This document shows, piece by piece, positions 11,790-25,800 of a stretch of DNA of 64,000 nucleotides. The translations under genes and the position numbers were made by a program. The stretch covers positions 1,178,001 to 1,242,000 of the forward strand of contig JAYWIR010000036.1 in assembly GCA_036172245.1 (NCBI GenBank). The letters are read 5' to 3'. Below the pieces are notes generated by a model. The model was not told where the DNA came from, ran no database searches, and saw only the letters and a program-made list of their open reading frames with translations. This DNA comes from Raillietiella orientalis (lineage: Eukaryota). Position 1 is the stretch's first letter. Every line of letters begins with the position of its first letter.

Positions 11790-12130
11790 TGGAAGAAAGA
11801 CAACGGAGACAGAAGAACCCTAGAGACTTTCCATCATACGAGATGCCCTCCCTGAGGGACGCAAGGGACAGCATAATCCCGGCATGGTGGGAAGTGAGGA
11901 AGCAACTTCTAAGGGCGTACACAACTCGGGAGGTAATGGACCCTGAGTGTCCTCACTCCAAGGACTTGTACGCTGGAGAGAGCTACTCGACATACCTCCG
12001 GAGGAGGTGAAATGGCCCCCAGCATGTGTCCCCCTCTTCCTCAAGTGGTGGGAGCTGGAGTTGTCTGTGGTTCATGGGGGGATCCCATGCAAGGCAGGAC
12101 CGAGAGACGCTTGTCGAAAAGCAGATTTTC
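11790..12130 (+). mobile_element. Possible ORF2 C-terminal remnant related to the L1/Tx1-like family
   Basis: LSVVHGGIPCK resembles LFLHWGVPCN at ~36400; weak. Confidence 0.3.
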
Positions 12131-13023
12131 AGGAATAACTGGAACTCGCTGCACAACGCGCATCACCGCATGAATTGCTTAGACGTTCCAGAATCGTTGC
12201 CAAGGTAAAACAATAATAATAATCCTAGGAGTGTTCCATCAACAAAATGGGCGAATCAAGGAGCGGGCACAAGATGTAAATCTCCTTCAGCTTCATTTCC
12301 GAGGATAATGGATCAGATTTCTCGATCTATCCTCTGACCAGGTCTTTATCAGAGAGCGAGAACTCATTGGGGAGACCCAGTACCCTGAAACCTCCGTCCG
12401 AAACCGACGCAGCACAATGTATCTCCTCTGTTAGGCAGAAGTTTGCTGGTATTGATCTTCAACAAAACGGAGGCAGCAATCGTCCGCGTACTTGTTGCTA
12501 AAGAACACAGCCGTCCTTGCAACCGCCCTCATGAGACACGGGTGGACAACTGACCGAAAGAACTCCCGCTTTCGATCGAACACAATTTGGTGGGACGTGG
12601 AAGCGGAGACAGAAGCACTGAAAACGTGCAAGCCATCCTGGTGACAGTCCTGGAGCTCACTGTGATGAAGATCAGCTTCGGGGAAGGCTCTTCAGATCTG
12701 CTCGCTCGACGGAGCTGCGACCAAGTGAATCCATCCTGTAGGCCGTCATCCGGGTCTGCGTCTCCATCTCAAGGTACCCTCCGGAGCAAAGTGAGGGTCA
12801 CAATGTCGGCCGCACCCTCTGACGAAAGTGCCCTACTCGGTGCCCTTGCGTCCAGAATTCCAGGAAAAGAGAGAAGACGCCTCATCGCGACATTCGGGAG
12901 GCATCGCAGAATCTCGAGTTTCGACAAGAGGAGTCGCAGCGTGCAGCATCTCCGCGCCTTGCATCGGTGCATCGATGCTTGCCTATGCAGCATTCTACAT
13001 CATGACCGATGGGCATGATGCCA

Positions 13024-13136
13024 AATTCTCTCGAAGGCTCGTCTCCAGTGCATTCTTTTAGAATTCCTCGAGGGCTTATCTCCAGTGCATTGCTCTAGAA
13101 TTCCTTCGAGGACTCATCTCCAGAGTTCATTTGCAG
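13024..13136 (+). repeat. Minisatellite, three ~37-bp units
   Basis: Units start at 13024, 13062 and 13099: AATTC..TCGA.G.CT..TCTCCAG(T/A)G..CATT....AG. Confidence 0.85.
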
Positions 13137-14577
13137 TGCCTCTTCTCATGTTCGGCCTTCCCTCTTACTCTGTGGCCAGCACTCTGAGCTGCAGCTGCGA
13201 GCTCTCTGTTGAAAAAAATGCGTGGTCATCCACAGGGAAAAGCTCTGCTGGGAGAAAGGAGATCTTGAGAAGTCCTGGAAAGGGTCTTCGTGACTGTGGC
13301 ACTGGAGCGAACGAAGCATCTTCGACGCTCCCCCCCTCCCATCCTTCCTCAACGAGACTCGACGAATACCCCAACGGTCACCTTCAGCAACGTGGAGCCC
13401 ACCAGAGCTTCCGTGACCAGTCGCGTCACAGACCGAGAGCCGAGCTTGGCAACCCGGCAGCACACCGTCCAAGGACACCCGAATCTTTTTGCTTCCCAGG
13501 ACGCACCTGCCCGCTCGTTCTGCCAACTGGGCTGCGAATGGCCCTTCGAGGGCACTCGGCAAGCCGCCCGGCGGAAAGACAAACAGATCGGTCGAATATA
13601 ATGGAATCTACAGGCGAGGCAAAAAATCCCTATCTATCAAGTCGAAAGGATGGATGCGCGTTTCTGGGCAACACGACTCGTCCGAGACGCTTTCCAATTT
13701 TAACAAACTCTCAAGTGCACCTCCTTCCGATAATTGCATCGCGGCAATCATCGAGATGAGCTGTAATTTTTCCAAATCATTTCTCTTGATGAGGCATGGT
13801 TCGGGAAGATGAACAGCGTTCCCCACGAAGTCTGTCCTCTTCCCGCGTGTGCGTCCTAATAATATCCCGAGTTCCCTCTGAAGTGGCATCTGCTGTCGGG
13901 ACTTGGAGGAGAGACGGAGCGGGTCGTGCCCGCCGCCTGATAGGATTCCAAAAGGAGGAGAGAGGGAAGACGAGGGGGGTTCACCCTTCGGGAGGCAGTT
14001 CGAACCGGCCTGGAGAGAGCTGGGACGCGCAGCTTCCGGAGTGCCTAGTTGTGGAAGGAGGAGAGCTGAAGGAACGAGAGCATCCACATCGGCCTCCTGC
14101 GGCTTTCTTTGAGAGCCTCAGGCTGCAAACGGGGAAAGGGGGAGGAAGAAGGAGTCTTCTGGGGGAAGCACTGGGGGGTGCGACGCGACAGATTCGATCG
14201 ATGGAGGAGGCGCGCTCTCCGCTTCGCAGCAGCCAAGTCTGCATCTCGCTCTGGGGGGGGGGGGGGGAGAAGAAGCAGTTGGCACACCGATCACAGCATG
14301 GCTCAGAGCGCTTCTGACCACCTACCGCGCAGACACCAAGGCAGCAGCATCATCTCTGTCTCCGGCGCCATCCGGGCGCGGCCATTCGTTGTGTCTGCCG
14401 GGGGAGGGAAGGAAAAGGGAGGGACTCCATTCGACTCAGATTCGCACGCATCCCGGCTTCCGTGTGGTGCAGATACCGCGGCGAGGTCAAAGTGCATGTC
14501 GGCTGCGGCCACGAGCTGAACGCCCTCCCCCGTTCAGGAAACGAACAAAAAAGATGGGGACTTTACGTCAGGCAGGG

Positions 14578-14815
14578 GAGAGTAGGATAGGACTGCAGGT
14601 CAAATCAAATAGGGGAGGGTAGGATAGGACTGTGGGTTAGGTTAGGTAGGGAAGGGTAATATAGGTTTGTAGGTTGAAAATTGGTTACATTGGGTAGGTG
14701 TAAGGTTTAGAAGTGTAAGTCGGGTTAGGTTAGGTAGGAGCGAGTTGGTTGGCATGTATCTTAGGTGAGGTTGAGTCGAAGAGTTCAGGTCAGTTCAGGT
14801 CCGGTTGGGTAGGGA
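14578..14815 (+). repeat. Degenerate TTAGG/TAGG-like low-complexity tract
   Basis: GGTTAGGTTAGGTAGG, GGGTTAGGTTAGGTAGG and variants; strongly C-poor strand. Confidence 0.7.
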
Positions 14816-17800
14816 CGGGCTGGCCATCACTATAGGATGGATGAGGTGAGTGGAATAGGGTTTGGGATTTGGGGAACTTTGGTCCGTTGAGCTGGAACGC
14901 TGTAGGTTCAGGTTCTGGCTTACGTTCGGAATTTGCCCGTTGAGGCTGGGCCACACCTCGAGTTGGGACCTCCGTCGCTTCGCAAACCACGCTCTGTGCC
15001 CTTTGGTGATCTCAGGAGAAGATCACTGTGGTGGAAGCTGGGAGCGCGTGCGCCGGCGTTCGCCCGCGATCATTCGGAAGGCCTTGGGAAAGTGGGCGGC
15101 GCTTCTCCTTGTGGAGAGCTTCTAAACTCTCTGTTCGGCGATGTAGGCTGCCAGCGTCCACTTTGCAGGGTGGGCTTGCGATCGTAGGCTCTATTCGCGT
15201 GCGGGGGCGCGCCCGGCGTTCCGGAGCGCTGCTCTTTCCATTCGCCCCCGTTGTTCAGGGTGTCCGCGTGCCTCGACTGCCGCTCTCGCGGCGTCTGCAG
15301 AGGGAGATCTCATCGGGGAGATGGGCCTTTCGCACCCTCGTTGCCCTTCTCCGCAAAGCGGACCCTCCTGATAAGTGAACAGCGGCCACTTCTTCTCCCG
15401 GCAGATCCTTTCCCTATCCTACTCCATGCTCTCACGTTCTTCCCGCCACCGCCTGCGATCTCCCTGTCGGCCACCTGCCCAGCCCCCCTTCTGCCGCGCA
15501 CTCTCGTGCAAACCGTCCTGTAGCCAAATCTCCCTTTCTCTTTCCTGCATGGGCGTAGGGTTTGGGAAGGTCGACACAACGTCCGCCGGTCGCGCCAGGT
15601 GCATCCAGGAGTGCCAAACGTCTCCGCCGAGATTCCCTCCCGCTCGCACGGAAGCGTGAATCAATTTGCAACGAGCGTGGACGAGGATAGGGACCAGGAT
15701 GGGATGCCTTCCAGGGGTTGAGAAGCTTCGTGCCAGGAAGACCTACGAAAGGGACCGTGCACCCGCGAGACGTCCGGGAGCAGGAGGGAAGGATTCGGGT
15801 GCTCTTCCGCCTTCGATCCGGAGCGGGAAGCAGCTTCCGTGATCAGAAGGGGGGATTATCGCGGGAGGAGGAAATCGAGGATGCTTCCTGGACGGGAGTC
15901 GCTTCCTGACCCCTTCGGGTGCTTTGAAGGGAACCTGGATCTCGGCAAGCCCTTCTGGATGGCCGCAGCGACCGCATCGGAAGAACTCCGATCTCCGTTC
16001 CCTTAAGGGTATGCGGAGGATCGTGGGGCTTTGGGGCGCCCTCGTGGGATCCTTGTATAGGCTGATGCCGCTTCCGCTCGGTGGGACGGCCATCTCTTCG
16101 TTCGCGAGGCAGTGGTGCTTCTGGTACGATCAGCCAGCGGTCTCGCAGCTCGCGCGAGCCCGCTCTGAAGCGCCGTCGGATCCCCTGGCAACCTCGAGTA
16201 TCATCCACCTTCCCAGCACCTCAGGCAGCGAGCATCTATCGCAACCAGGGGATCTGTTTCCTCGGAGGCGACTGACCTCTGCAGCCCGATGTCTCCCAGG
16301 CTGCGGGGTTCTGCACCCCGGCCTCCGCGTCCGAATGGTCGGGCTGAGCCAAAGCGGGTCGCGCGGGAAGACCTCTGGTTCGTTTATTTCGGCGAAGGGC
16401 CTTCCTTCCAGAATGCTCGAAGGGTCCAGCACACTTGTCTGGACCCAGCTGCGAGTGACGTGAAAACGGGGAATGGAACTCCAGGAGAACTGCGACCACT
16501 GGAATCTCCTTGTCTGCCGATGGTCCTCTCGCCGACGGAGGCTTGCCGATTAGCTTCGTGTCAAATTGAGGATGGTCCAGGTGAGAAGGAAAAAGACAGG
16601 AGACTGCACAGTCGGAGATGGAAACCACTGCCTCCTCGGCAGAGCATCAGAGCAAGTCGAAGCAAAGAATTTCGGAAGTTCCGCTATCGTTTTCTCTGGT
16701 GGCTCAGAGTCTACGGAACCACGGTCTGAGTCTGTACCCATGGACCTCTCTTCCACATCGGGACTTCCGGATCTCTCAGGAATATTAATGCTACCTACTC
16801 GTTTCATCACTCGGCTGCTTGCGATTCCCTCCCCACCTGGGACGGATGCTTGGCGCCAAAGATATCGCACGCTGGTTGCTGCAGCCAATACCTCCATGCT
16901 TCAGGCAAGCAGGATGAAGGGAGTGCGTTTGGAGCGCTTGGAAGATCAGAGTTCACAAGCCGAGACACCAACATCATCCATTGGATCAGCCGTAAGTGTT
17001 GCAGCTAGGAAATGGCCAAGGTAGCTCTCTCATCAAGAGATGAGGATTACGATCTCAGCTGCTAGCGGATGGCATTATGGATGCAGTGCCCTGAGTTCCC
17101 GGTAAGAATTTACCTCGGTGCTATCCTGGCTGTATGAATTCATCCTTTTCCTGTGGAAAGGAGGGACGCTCACTTATAGCATTAAAAGATGTGGCGCCGC
17201 CTGGTAATGCGGAGTCCACTTCTGTCTTTCTTGGAACCTCTACGTGCCCCAAGATCTTGCTCGTCCTTCTATTTGGTTTGGTGCTGTCTGCACTCAACGA
17301 TTCGAGGAGGCAGAACACGCAATCGGGAAGGCTGTTCCTTGTGTTTGTAGACTACGCGAAAGGAGTCCTCTTCGGGATATGGTTCAGGAAGATCAAGGAG
17401 GAGTCTTAAATCGATAAATTGGTCACATCATAGTCAGAAACTGAAGAGGACCCACACTCCGACAATCATGAAATTCGTATTCCAGCCCAAAGGGTAACGA
17501 AATCTCTGTGATCCATGGGATTCAAAGAGGCTTCCTTGCATTTGCTTGTGTTCTCAATGGCGAGAGAGCTATCTGTAGCTTGGCTGTCACATTCGAGATG
17601 ATGTTCTCTTGCAGCTAAACAAACCAGGCAGTGACGGCGTTACGCAGCATCTCGCCCTGAAGAGGTGCGATTCTATGGCTGCCATCATGCTCGACAGGCC
17701 AGGATTCCCTTATCGGGATAGGGAAAGAAAATCCTGCAAAGAATTGAGATCGAATGCCGAAAGACCTGTTCTCGTGCGAACTCCAGGATCTCCCTGGAGT

Positions 17801-18809
17801 GTTTGCTGCAACCGGCACGGTCTGCACCTACGGCGAACGCAAACTATTCTCAGCACACCTGAGGGACGTGCCTTTCTGCGCCGGAGGAGCGCCGGAGTGC
17901 AGGGATGGCTCAGTGCCGGCGGCTGGAAGAACGCTCGACTTCCATGTACCATCCACCTTCGGGCCCGGTTCCTTCGGCAGATGAGTCGTTGCCGAACTTC
18001 CCTGGCTGCCACCTCTCCGCCTGTTCATGGCAGCCAAAACTTTCCGTGAGATGTGACGCGCGCAGCAGCTCGACCTCAGGTGCATTCCGTAGTGCCGGTT
18101 CCGCTAACCCGAGGGGCTCTCCTCACGCTCACGCGTGGTGGAGCTCGTGAATCCGAAGGTCTGGGTTTCAGCAGTCTGGCACGATGTACTTCTCTCTCCT
18201 TCCAAGCTGGATGAACAGGTCGAGGTCGTTTCTGAAGTGGGGCCTTGAATCGCCCTCTTTACCACATGAGCCCCCTGTTTCTTGCTTCCTCTTCGAAATG
18301 CACTAGCTACCCTGAGGGAGACTTCGGAGGGAGCCAGCCGCCAGATGGCTTTGGTTGGCCATTCCTCAGCATAGCTGACTGGAATGTTCCTCCACGTGTT
18401 CATGAAAGAGGCAAAGTAACGAGCTCTTCTGCTTTCGTAGAACGAAGCAGTCCGAAGGAAGAAAATTAATGGCAGCCCGAGGGGTTAAATCTCCGCGGGT
18501 GTTCTCTGGTCCCAGTGGCTGGCGAGAATGCATCTGACCGATGACGACTGATGAGAGCGCGTCGCCACGGTGCAGGATGCGTGCTGCATCATGTGCAGGG
18601 CCAGAACGATCGGGCGGCGGGATCGAGACAGCGATACACAGTGGAGAAGGCCAGGATTCCATCGAGGATGCGCATCCGAGGTAGCGGCGAACTGCGCACT
18701 CAGTTTTTGCATTTCCGGACCATCTCGGTTCAGTGATGTCCGTCTCTTCCGCACTCGTAGATGAGACGAAGTTGAGGAAATTCACCCAGGGGAATGAAAA
18801 ACGAAAGGC

Positions 18810-19950
18810 AGGCGTCACGAGGAGTTTTTCACCCTGTCACTCCGGGCGTTTCTTTTATAAAAAAGGAAACCAGTCGGGAACGCACTGGTTCCTAACCAAC
18901 GACAACAAGAAACAACGAGGGTCCACCGGCGCCCAGTCCAAAATAATGGAAGTTCGGAACGGGGGGAAGGGATTGGGGGGCAATCAAAAAAAAATAAACG
19001 GGGCAGGGATCTTTGGTTTCGCTCCGTGTGCAACCGGGGAAGTAACGGAGAGAAGGGGGATGAGGAATGTGGAAAAATAAAATAAAGGGACAGAGGGAAC
19101 AAGGGTCACCGGATCCGCCGTACCTAACCGTCCATCAACTGGCAGTGGATGCCAGCTATCTCCTCTTTCGCTTCTTCTTCCAGGTGAGGCCACCTCACAG
19201 CCGTCCTCATGTGGGCGGCTGCCATCCTGGCGACCTCCCTTCGCTGAGTGCTCGTCTCGAGCACGTGGCGGGTCATGACGATGGCTCGGATGCAACCCCG
19301 TGGTTGCGATTACAGCACCCATCGAGAGTCCTGCTGGCGCGAAGAACCGTCGCAGCACATCTAGGGCAGTGTCCTGGTGCAGGAGTGCTTCTGCCGGCCT
19401 CCGCCACAGTTCTTGGAGGACATTGCAGTCCAAAAGCAGGCGTGGCAGGATCGACTTCGCCAACCTGCACCTGGCACGTCTCGGGGACGCAACCCCTCCG
19501 GAAACTCGGTGCCGCTGCTCATTGCACTGGAATCACCGGTGAAGGAATGGTAGTACGGCCTGTTTCTAGGAGATAGATGACACCCAAGTGTCCACACAAT
19601 GAGGAGGGACCAGAAGTTCTTTGTAGGCCACACTCGGAAATTCTCTCCATCGAAGGAGTCTTTTCGCCAAATCACGCGGAGTGGCAGCATCCTCCAGCTC
19701 GCCCGTCTTCCAGTCTGGGAGTCTGGGTTTTCCCACAATAGTGCAGGAAAACTCCCACCGCTCCAGTTGACCGCTGTCTTCTTTTGCCCTGAGGGTAGAC
19801 AGTGCTGCATCCAGGGCGTGGAGTCCAAGGTAGAAAACTTCATCGCGTCCTGAATCACCACTTCCAGCGGTCGTAGCAGCAGATGTCGCAGAGGGTGAAG
19901 ATCTTCAAGGTGCATCCCTGGAACGCAGCCCAGGACTCAGCAGCCTCCTG
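18810..19950 (-). mobile_element. 5'-truncated copy of the L1/Tx1-like family (ORF2 C-terminus plus 3' UTR)
   Basis: ARCRLAKSILPRLLLDCNVLQELWRR...LRRFF...GAVIAT. 19181-19225 is clearly homologous to 23176-23220 (CAGGTGAG..CCTC..ACAGCCG.CCT.ATGT.GGC.GCTGCCA). Confidence 0.75.
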
Positions 19951-20164
19951 CCGCTAAGCATTCAAGTTCCTCTGGCGGCAGGGGATCCACGACTGGGTTT
20001 GGGGAGGTGCGTTACCCAAAAGAAGTCACAAGGAGTCACAACAGTCTGCTGCAGCAAGGCTGTGTCCCGTGCAAGGTCGTTGCCCTCGTTAGCAGCCGCG
20101 CCGCTGAGCCGCCACGCTGGATACCACGAGTGAATTTGCTGCTTCTCTCCCCCCCTTCTCTCCC

Positions 20165-20530
20165 CCTGGTACCAAGCGTCGCAGGTTCGAATTCCCACGC
20201 AGAGGATCGATCCCAGGAGAATGGGAAGTGCATCGTGGGTTTCTGGTTTCCTCCGCAAGATCACGCTAGTTGGGTTGTAGGATTCGGGTGCAGCAATGAT
20301 GGACACCGGCTACTCGGTTGTTTGTCCGGGATTGGAAGTTGACCCTCCAAGGGTCCTTCAAGGGATCAACGAGCGCCGGTTCCCTTCGGAGTCCCCCTCC
20401 GGCTTTAAAAGAACGGAACGGCCCTTCCCTCGCACCTGGTTGCCTCCGAAGCTGTTCCCTTCGGGGTTCCTTCCTTCGGAACCTTCCTGGACTCATAGGA
20501 TGTTCCTCTCCCTGGGTACCCCTGACTAGA
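20165..20530 (+). mobile_element. tRNA-derived SINE, copy B (5' portion)
   Basis: GGTTCGAATTCC at 20184, then GAGGATCGA...GAATGGGAAGTGCATCGTGGGTTT...GGATTGGAAGTTGACCCT as in the other copies. Confidence 0.75.
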
Positions 20531-21299
20531 GGAGTTGGTACAAATCCACTGGTGGAGTGGACAGTGTGCTAGGGGAGGCGTTCAGCTGGACGGCACTGTG
20601 AGGGGGGATCTCTCCACGGAATGGGAGCACTTTCAAATCTCCAGGTCGGGAAGAATCTTTTTCCCTCTCCTCTGCAATTTCCTTCGCGGGGGCAACGATG
20701 ACTACGGCGCTGTAGGGCGCATCTTTTCAACCACTTCCGGTTTCCGAACCGCCCGTGTCTTTCGCTTGGGCAGGCGCTCTCTTTCTTCCCAAAGTTCACT
20801 TCCGGTTCTCGGATTCCGGCCTACCCGTTCCCGCTCAGCTTCACTCTTGCTTCTTGCGCAGGTCTCTGGTAGCCCCTGCAGCTTCTGGAAGCTGGACCGA
20901 GACAGGCGAGCAGAGATCCAAGGTCAGGTCGCTTCCCCAAGCTGGTCGTCTTGGGTCGAGTCTTCATGCGGACGGGCAGTGTCCTACAGCCGGAGTGCCA
21001 AGTAAACCCTAAGCAATTGAAGTCACCTTTCCCAGCTCTCTCTCGGCACCCGCCTTTCCGACCGGTTCTGGTGTCAAGGACGACCTCTCCCCTCCAGCCA
21101 GTTTCTCGTGACCCCGACGGCCACCATCAGATGGACTTTGTAGCGCGCCGAGGGGAAAAAAAAAGTGACCAGGATAGCGACCGCACAAGAGGACCAAATG
21201 ACTCCCGTCACGTATTCTCCCATCGACCCTCAAGATCGTCATCTTCAGGGCATCCCGCAATCCGGAGATCTGGGGAATCATCTGAGAAACGGGGTGCCA

Positions 21300-22030
21300 A
21301 GAAGCCAGAACCGACTCGGTCGTTGCTTCGCCGTTTCCAAGGGGAGGATGATCCTGTGCGGCAGCGCCTCATTACGAGTCCTTCTTGGAGAGGCGCGAAG
21401 CTCGCGATTGTCTGGAGTGTGGGTCCACGCTCGCAGCTGCGACTGTCGGCTCCGCGTGCAACTCGCCGCGTCTCTATATTTAGCCCGGGAAGCTTGCAGC
21501 GCGCTCCAGACGAGAGCGAAGCTGGAGTCTGCAGCGAAAGCTTCCGGAATCTCCCCCGTTTCATCTTCCAATTAATCAGCGCGATGCGCGCTTGAGGGGA
21601 AAACGCGCGTCTTTCATTTGCTGACGTCGCCTGACGCTGCTTGCTGCCGCAGAGGCAGACGGCGAAAAGGGCGAGCCTCCAGCTCTTCCGGGACTCGCGC
21701 GGAAGTGGCGTGCGCGGGGAGATCGAGTCACGGGTGGGAGCAACCGACCCAGGAGTCCCCCGAACACCTTTCGTGCAAGGAAGCGTCCCGTCCCAGCAAC
21801 CAAGAGAGTCCAGGTGCCTCGACCAGCACGCAAGATTTGGCTGCTATGCATTCCTCACTTCGGTCCACGCTCCCTACAGACGGGGGCAGCCCGACCCATC
21901 CCCCGCGCGACCATTTGATTCATGCTGCTGTCAAGGCGTAACAAAGATGGATCATCGGTATCTGCTCCCGTTTTCACGGTTTCCTTGCGTCGGGCTTCTT
22001 CGGAACGGGCACCTGGATGCAGCCTGAGAG
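21300..22030 (+). mobile_element. Possible DIRS-like RNase H / methyltransferase-like remnant
   Basis: AASLYLAREACS (cf. AVAYINKQGG.RS) and GCYAF; weak. Confidence 0.3.
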
Positions 22031-22109
22031 CTCGTGGATCGAAGAAGATACCTTTTAGGAGACCAGGGAGTTGGCTCCTGAGCAGAGCCAACTCCCTTGG
22101 AGATTTTCG

Positions 22110-22790
22110 CCTGCGTCGGAGGCCACGTGGTCACGGTCTCATCGAGTGGCAACACCACGCGTCGCGGGTTCGAATACTCGGAAAGAATCGACGCCGAGAA
22201 CGGGAAGTGCGTTGTGGGTTCGAGTTCCTCCCTCAAGATGACACTGATTGGTTGGTCTCTATTCGAGTGCGGCACCGGTAGCTGAAAAACGTATGCCCCC
22301 GATGAGTGGCCGGAATTGGAAGTCGACCCTGTGGGTCGTTCCAGGAAGCAGGAAGCAGAATCGAGGAGTGGGTAGTTCCTCTCTGGTTGTGCAAAGAAGA
22401 CCTTCCGTCTCTTACCATGGAGCTGGTGGACTGATGCCTCTCCAGTGTGCAGGAAGCATGACGCTCCCTTCAGAGAAAATTCGGAAGAGCCCCTTCGGGG
22501 TTCTCTTCAGAGGAGTAAACAGAAGTGGTCCCTTTGCGGGCTCCCTCCGGAGAAGAAATTCCAGAAGCGGATCCTTTCCGGGTTTCCTTCGGAGAAGAAA
22601 AAATGAAGCGGTACCCTCCGTAGAGGATAAGGAAAGAGTGAATCCCTTCGGAATTCTCTTCAGAGACAAGCAAGATGGAGGTGTTCCCTTCGGGGATTCT
22701 TCTTCAGGCGTGGGAGAAACGGGCTCTTTCCTCCGGAGCCCTTCCTAAATTCATACGGTGGTCCCCTCCAGGGGAACCCTCATCTTCCTC
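22110..22790 (+). mobile_element. tRNA-derived SINE, copy C
   Basis: A-box-like GGCCACGTGGT, B-box-like GGGTTCGAATAC, and the shared body with extra internal repeat units. Confidence 0.8.
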
Positions 22791-22899
22791 GAAATATCCA
22801 GATTTCCACCTCGATTCCAGCCCGGCAGAGTGCTGACCCTCGTTCCAAAAAGTTCGCTATGTGACCATAGCATTCTCGAGCGGTCGGGGTTCCAATACC

Positions 22900-25800
22900 C
22901 CCAATCGAGGAGGATTTTCCATGTGGCCACGCAGGAGCGTTTATGCAAAAAGAACAAGCAAGTTGATAACTCTGTTCCCAGCAGAAAGTAAGGAGCTCAA
23001 GAGGAGCATACAGTAATACGCAGGTCGGTCATTCTACAAGGTCAGAGTGGATGGGAGGGAACAACAAACACACAAAAAAGGGCGGCAAAAAGGCGGAGGT
23101 AAGAATCTTTGGTGTCGGGCGTTCCTTTTTCCTAGAACCGGCGCTAAATGCCGGTGATCTCCAACTTCTTTTTGCAGGTGAGACCTCCTAACAGCCGCCC
23201 CTATGTAGGCAGCTGCCAGGCCCTTCTCTGCTCCTGCGTCTGCAAGACATGACGAGCTGTGACGATGGCGCGGATGCAGCATCTCGTTGCCATCGCGGAG
23301 CCTGTCTGGGATCTGCCATGCCTAAGGAATCGCCTTCTCAGTGTCCTCCGGGAGCAGGGACGCCGCAGGTGGCCTTTACCGCAGTTCATGGAGGGCGTCA
23401 AGTCCGTCAAGAGGTGCTTCAATCGAGCAGTTTGTGGAACGCCTCTTCTCCGGAAACGAAGTGCGCACTCTGGTTGCATCGGAATCCACGAAGCAGGAAC
23501 AGCAGCACGGCCTGTTTCCACCACGACGGAAACACCGAAATGAGGGAGGAGGGAGCCGAAGTTCTTCGGTGGCCACCGAGGAGGAGGCGTTCGTACCGCC
23601 GACGTAGTCCTTTCACTTGGGAACGAGGAGGAGTGGCGGCGTTCGCCAGCTTGCTCGCCGTTCAGCCGCCCAGCAGTTCGGCTGCTCCTGCAACGGTGCA
23701 GCAGAGCCCCCATCCCGAAGGTGGGCGACTGTCGTTTCTTGCCCGCAGGGCAGACAGCGCAGCAGCAAGGGATGTGACCACTTCGCCCAGTCCCGCAGCA
23801 CTTCTTCCGGTGGATGGCTCAGGAGACATCGCAGGAAACGAAGTTTCACTGGGCGCATTTACAGTTCGCAGTCCAGTACGCAACCAACTCCTGCCTCCAG
23901 GCATCGAAGTTCATTGGGTGCCAGGAGATCGATGGTGGGGCTTTTAGAGGCGAGGCGAGTTCTCTCCGCGGGAAGCCAAATCTCCCCGCGTCGGAAGCGC
24001 GGAGCAGCGATTCAAGTCCTTCGCTGCCGGCGCATCGCCCAAGGATGAGGCGTGCGGGCTCACTCCATAGGGAAGTCCGTAATCTGGCACACAGTGCCAA
24101 CATGTGGAACTGCACCTGCATCCCGATTTTCTCCAGCTTGTGAGCATGCCGAGGTGGCTCCGCCAAGTCTTGGAGCCCGATTCTGGACCTCGCAGGTCTC
24201 CACAAAGCGATCCTCAACAGGCGTCGAGTCCGGATCTTGTGCGAGTAGGGCCAGGTAATCAAATAATAAGGGGCGGAGGATGGAGGCAACGAAGGTGTTC
24301 CAAATGGCGGCGTGCTCCGGCAAGATGAGTGTGCCATCGAGGAACTTTCTAGGGGTCATTTCCGCCTTTTGAAAGTAGTCCGATCCCTCCTTGGCAGCGC
24401 CGACGTGTCCCGGAGGAACGCTAAGGGAGTTTAGGCACCTGACCATGAAAATCACCGAGCGGAATCAGACTGCCTTTCAACGACGCGCCCAATGTGACGG
24501 CCATGATCTTTCTCGTGTCGACGCTCACGCCCGCTCCCGGATGGACCTATTCGAAGAAGTCCTTGAGCCTGTCTGCCAGGGTGGACAGGAGCAACAGGAA
24601 AAGCATGTCGTCCGCATAGGTGGCCACTGTCGGCGTGCCCGAACAGGAGCAGGACAGGTTGACCGGCGTTCAGTCTGTATGCCGTCAGAACCAACTCGAG
24701 GATGCTGCAGAGCAGGGTGCTCTAGCTATCGCCCTGCCTGATACCACAGCCCACGGATACCGTACACATGGCAGCCACTGAGAACGCTGGCTATGGCGTG
24801 GCGCCAGCAAGAGCACAAGTAAATAAGCAGACATACGGGGAGACTGAGGCGTTCCATGAGTTTCAAAACGAATTTCCAGGCTGGCCCAGTCAAAAGCTTT
24901 GTACATACTGACCGCGATCTTCAAAGCGTCCGGCGTTTCTCCCCACTGCTTCACCTCGCTCTTGCAACTGGTAGCGTCTTCCGCCGCTGCTCTTCAGTCC
25001 AGAGCGACGCGACCTTGCAGCGCAAGCCATGTTAACTCGACAAGGAGGTTCGCATCCATGGACCTCCTGGGAAGTGCATAATTCCGGCCCGGGCTTACCA
25101 CAGACTCTGCGATCCTTCCTAGACGCGCGACTCACATCTTCGAGAACAATCCGAGGTCACCAAGGTGTTCGAACATAAGGGAAATCAACGCCGAGCTAGG
25201 TGCGACGTGGGTTTCGTGCCTCCTCGCAAGATGCCTCTGAGGATGGCTCGCGGCTTCGTCTGCGCATCGGTGCGACGTGCCCGCACCCCCGACCAGGTGC
25301 TTCTGTGAACTTGCTGGGGATACGCTTCGGGTCATCAGAAGTGCGGGTGCATTTCGCTTGCATGCGGGGTGCGCACGAAACGGGGAAGAGCCGCTCCGGT
25401 GCCCCTTTCGAGCTTGGCCATCGAGCCACGAGCTCTCCGAAATGGCGTAGAAGAGCCCTTCTCGAAGATCAGGGGGGAAGGCATGCTTCCCCACTTTGTT
25501 CCTGCTCGACATTCTTCCAAGCGTTCTCCGAGAACTGCGTGCGCGGTCCGAGCGCGGCCTTCCCTTTCCTCGCCATCAATGGTGATCGGCGAAGCGGAGA
25601 TGCACGGAGATGCTGCGGTCCTCATCATCTCCTTGCTGTTAACGCATCATTGGCTCCCCGGGCAGAGCTCCGTCGTCCTGGAAATACAGAAGCTGAGCTC
25701 TGCTCCGTCCCACCGGGCTCCGAACAGCCGGCGCCGCAAAGTGCCCAAACGGGTCTCCATTCCGGCACCACCGCCTACGAGATCCAGTAGTTGTAGGGCG

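Noticed and set aside
13024..13136. Possible CRISPR array (37-bp period)
   Set aside because: Units are contiguous and diverged with no unique spacers, there are no cas genes, and the context is eukaryotic.
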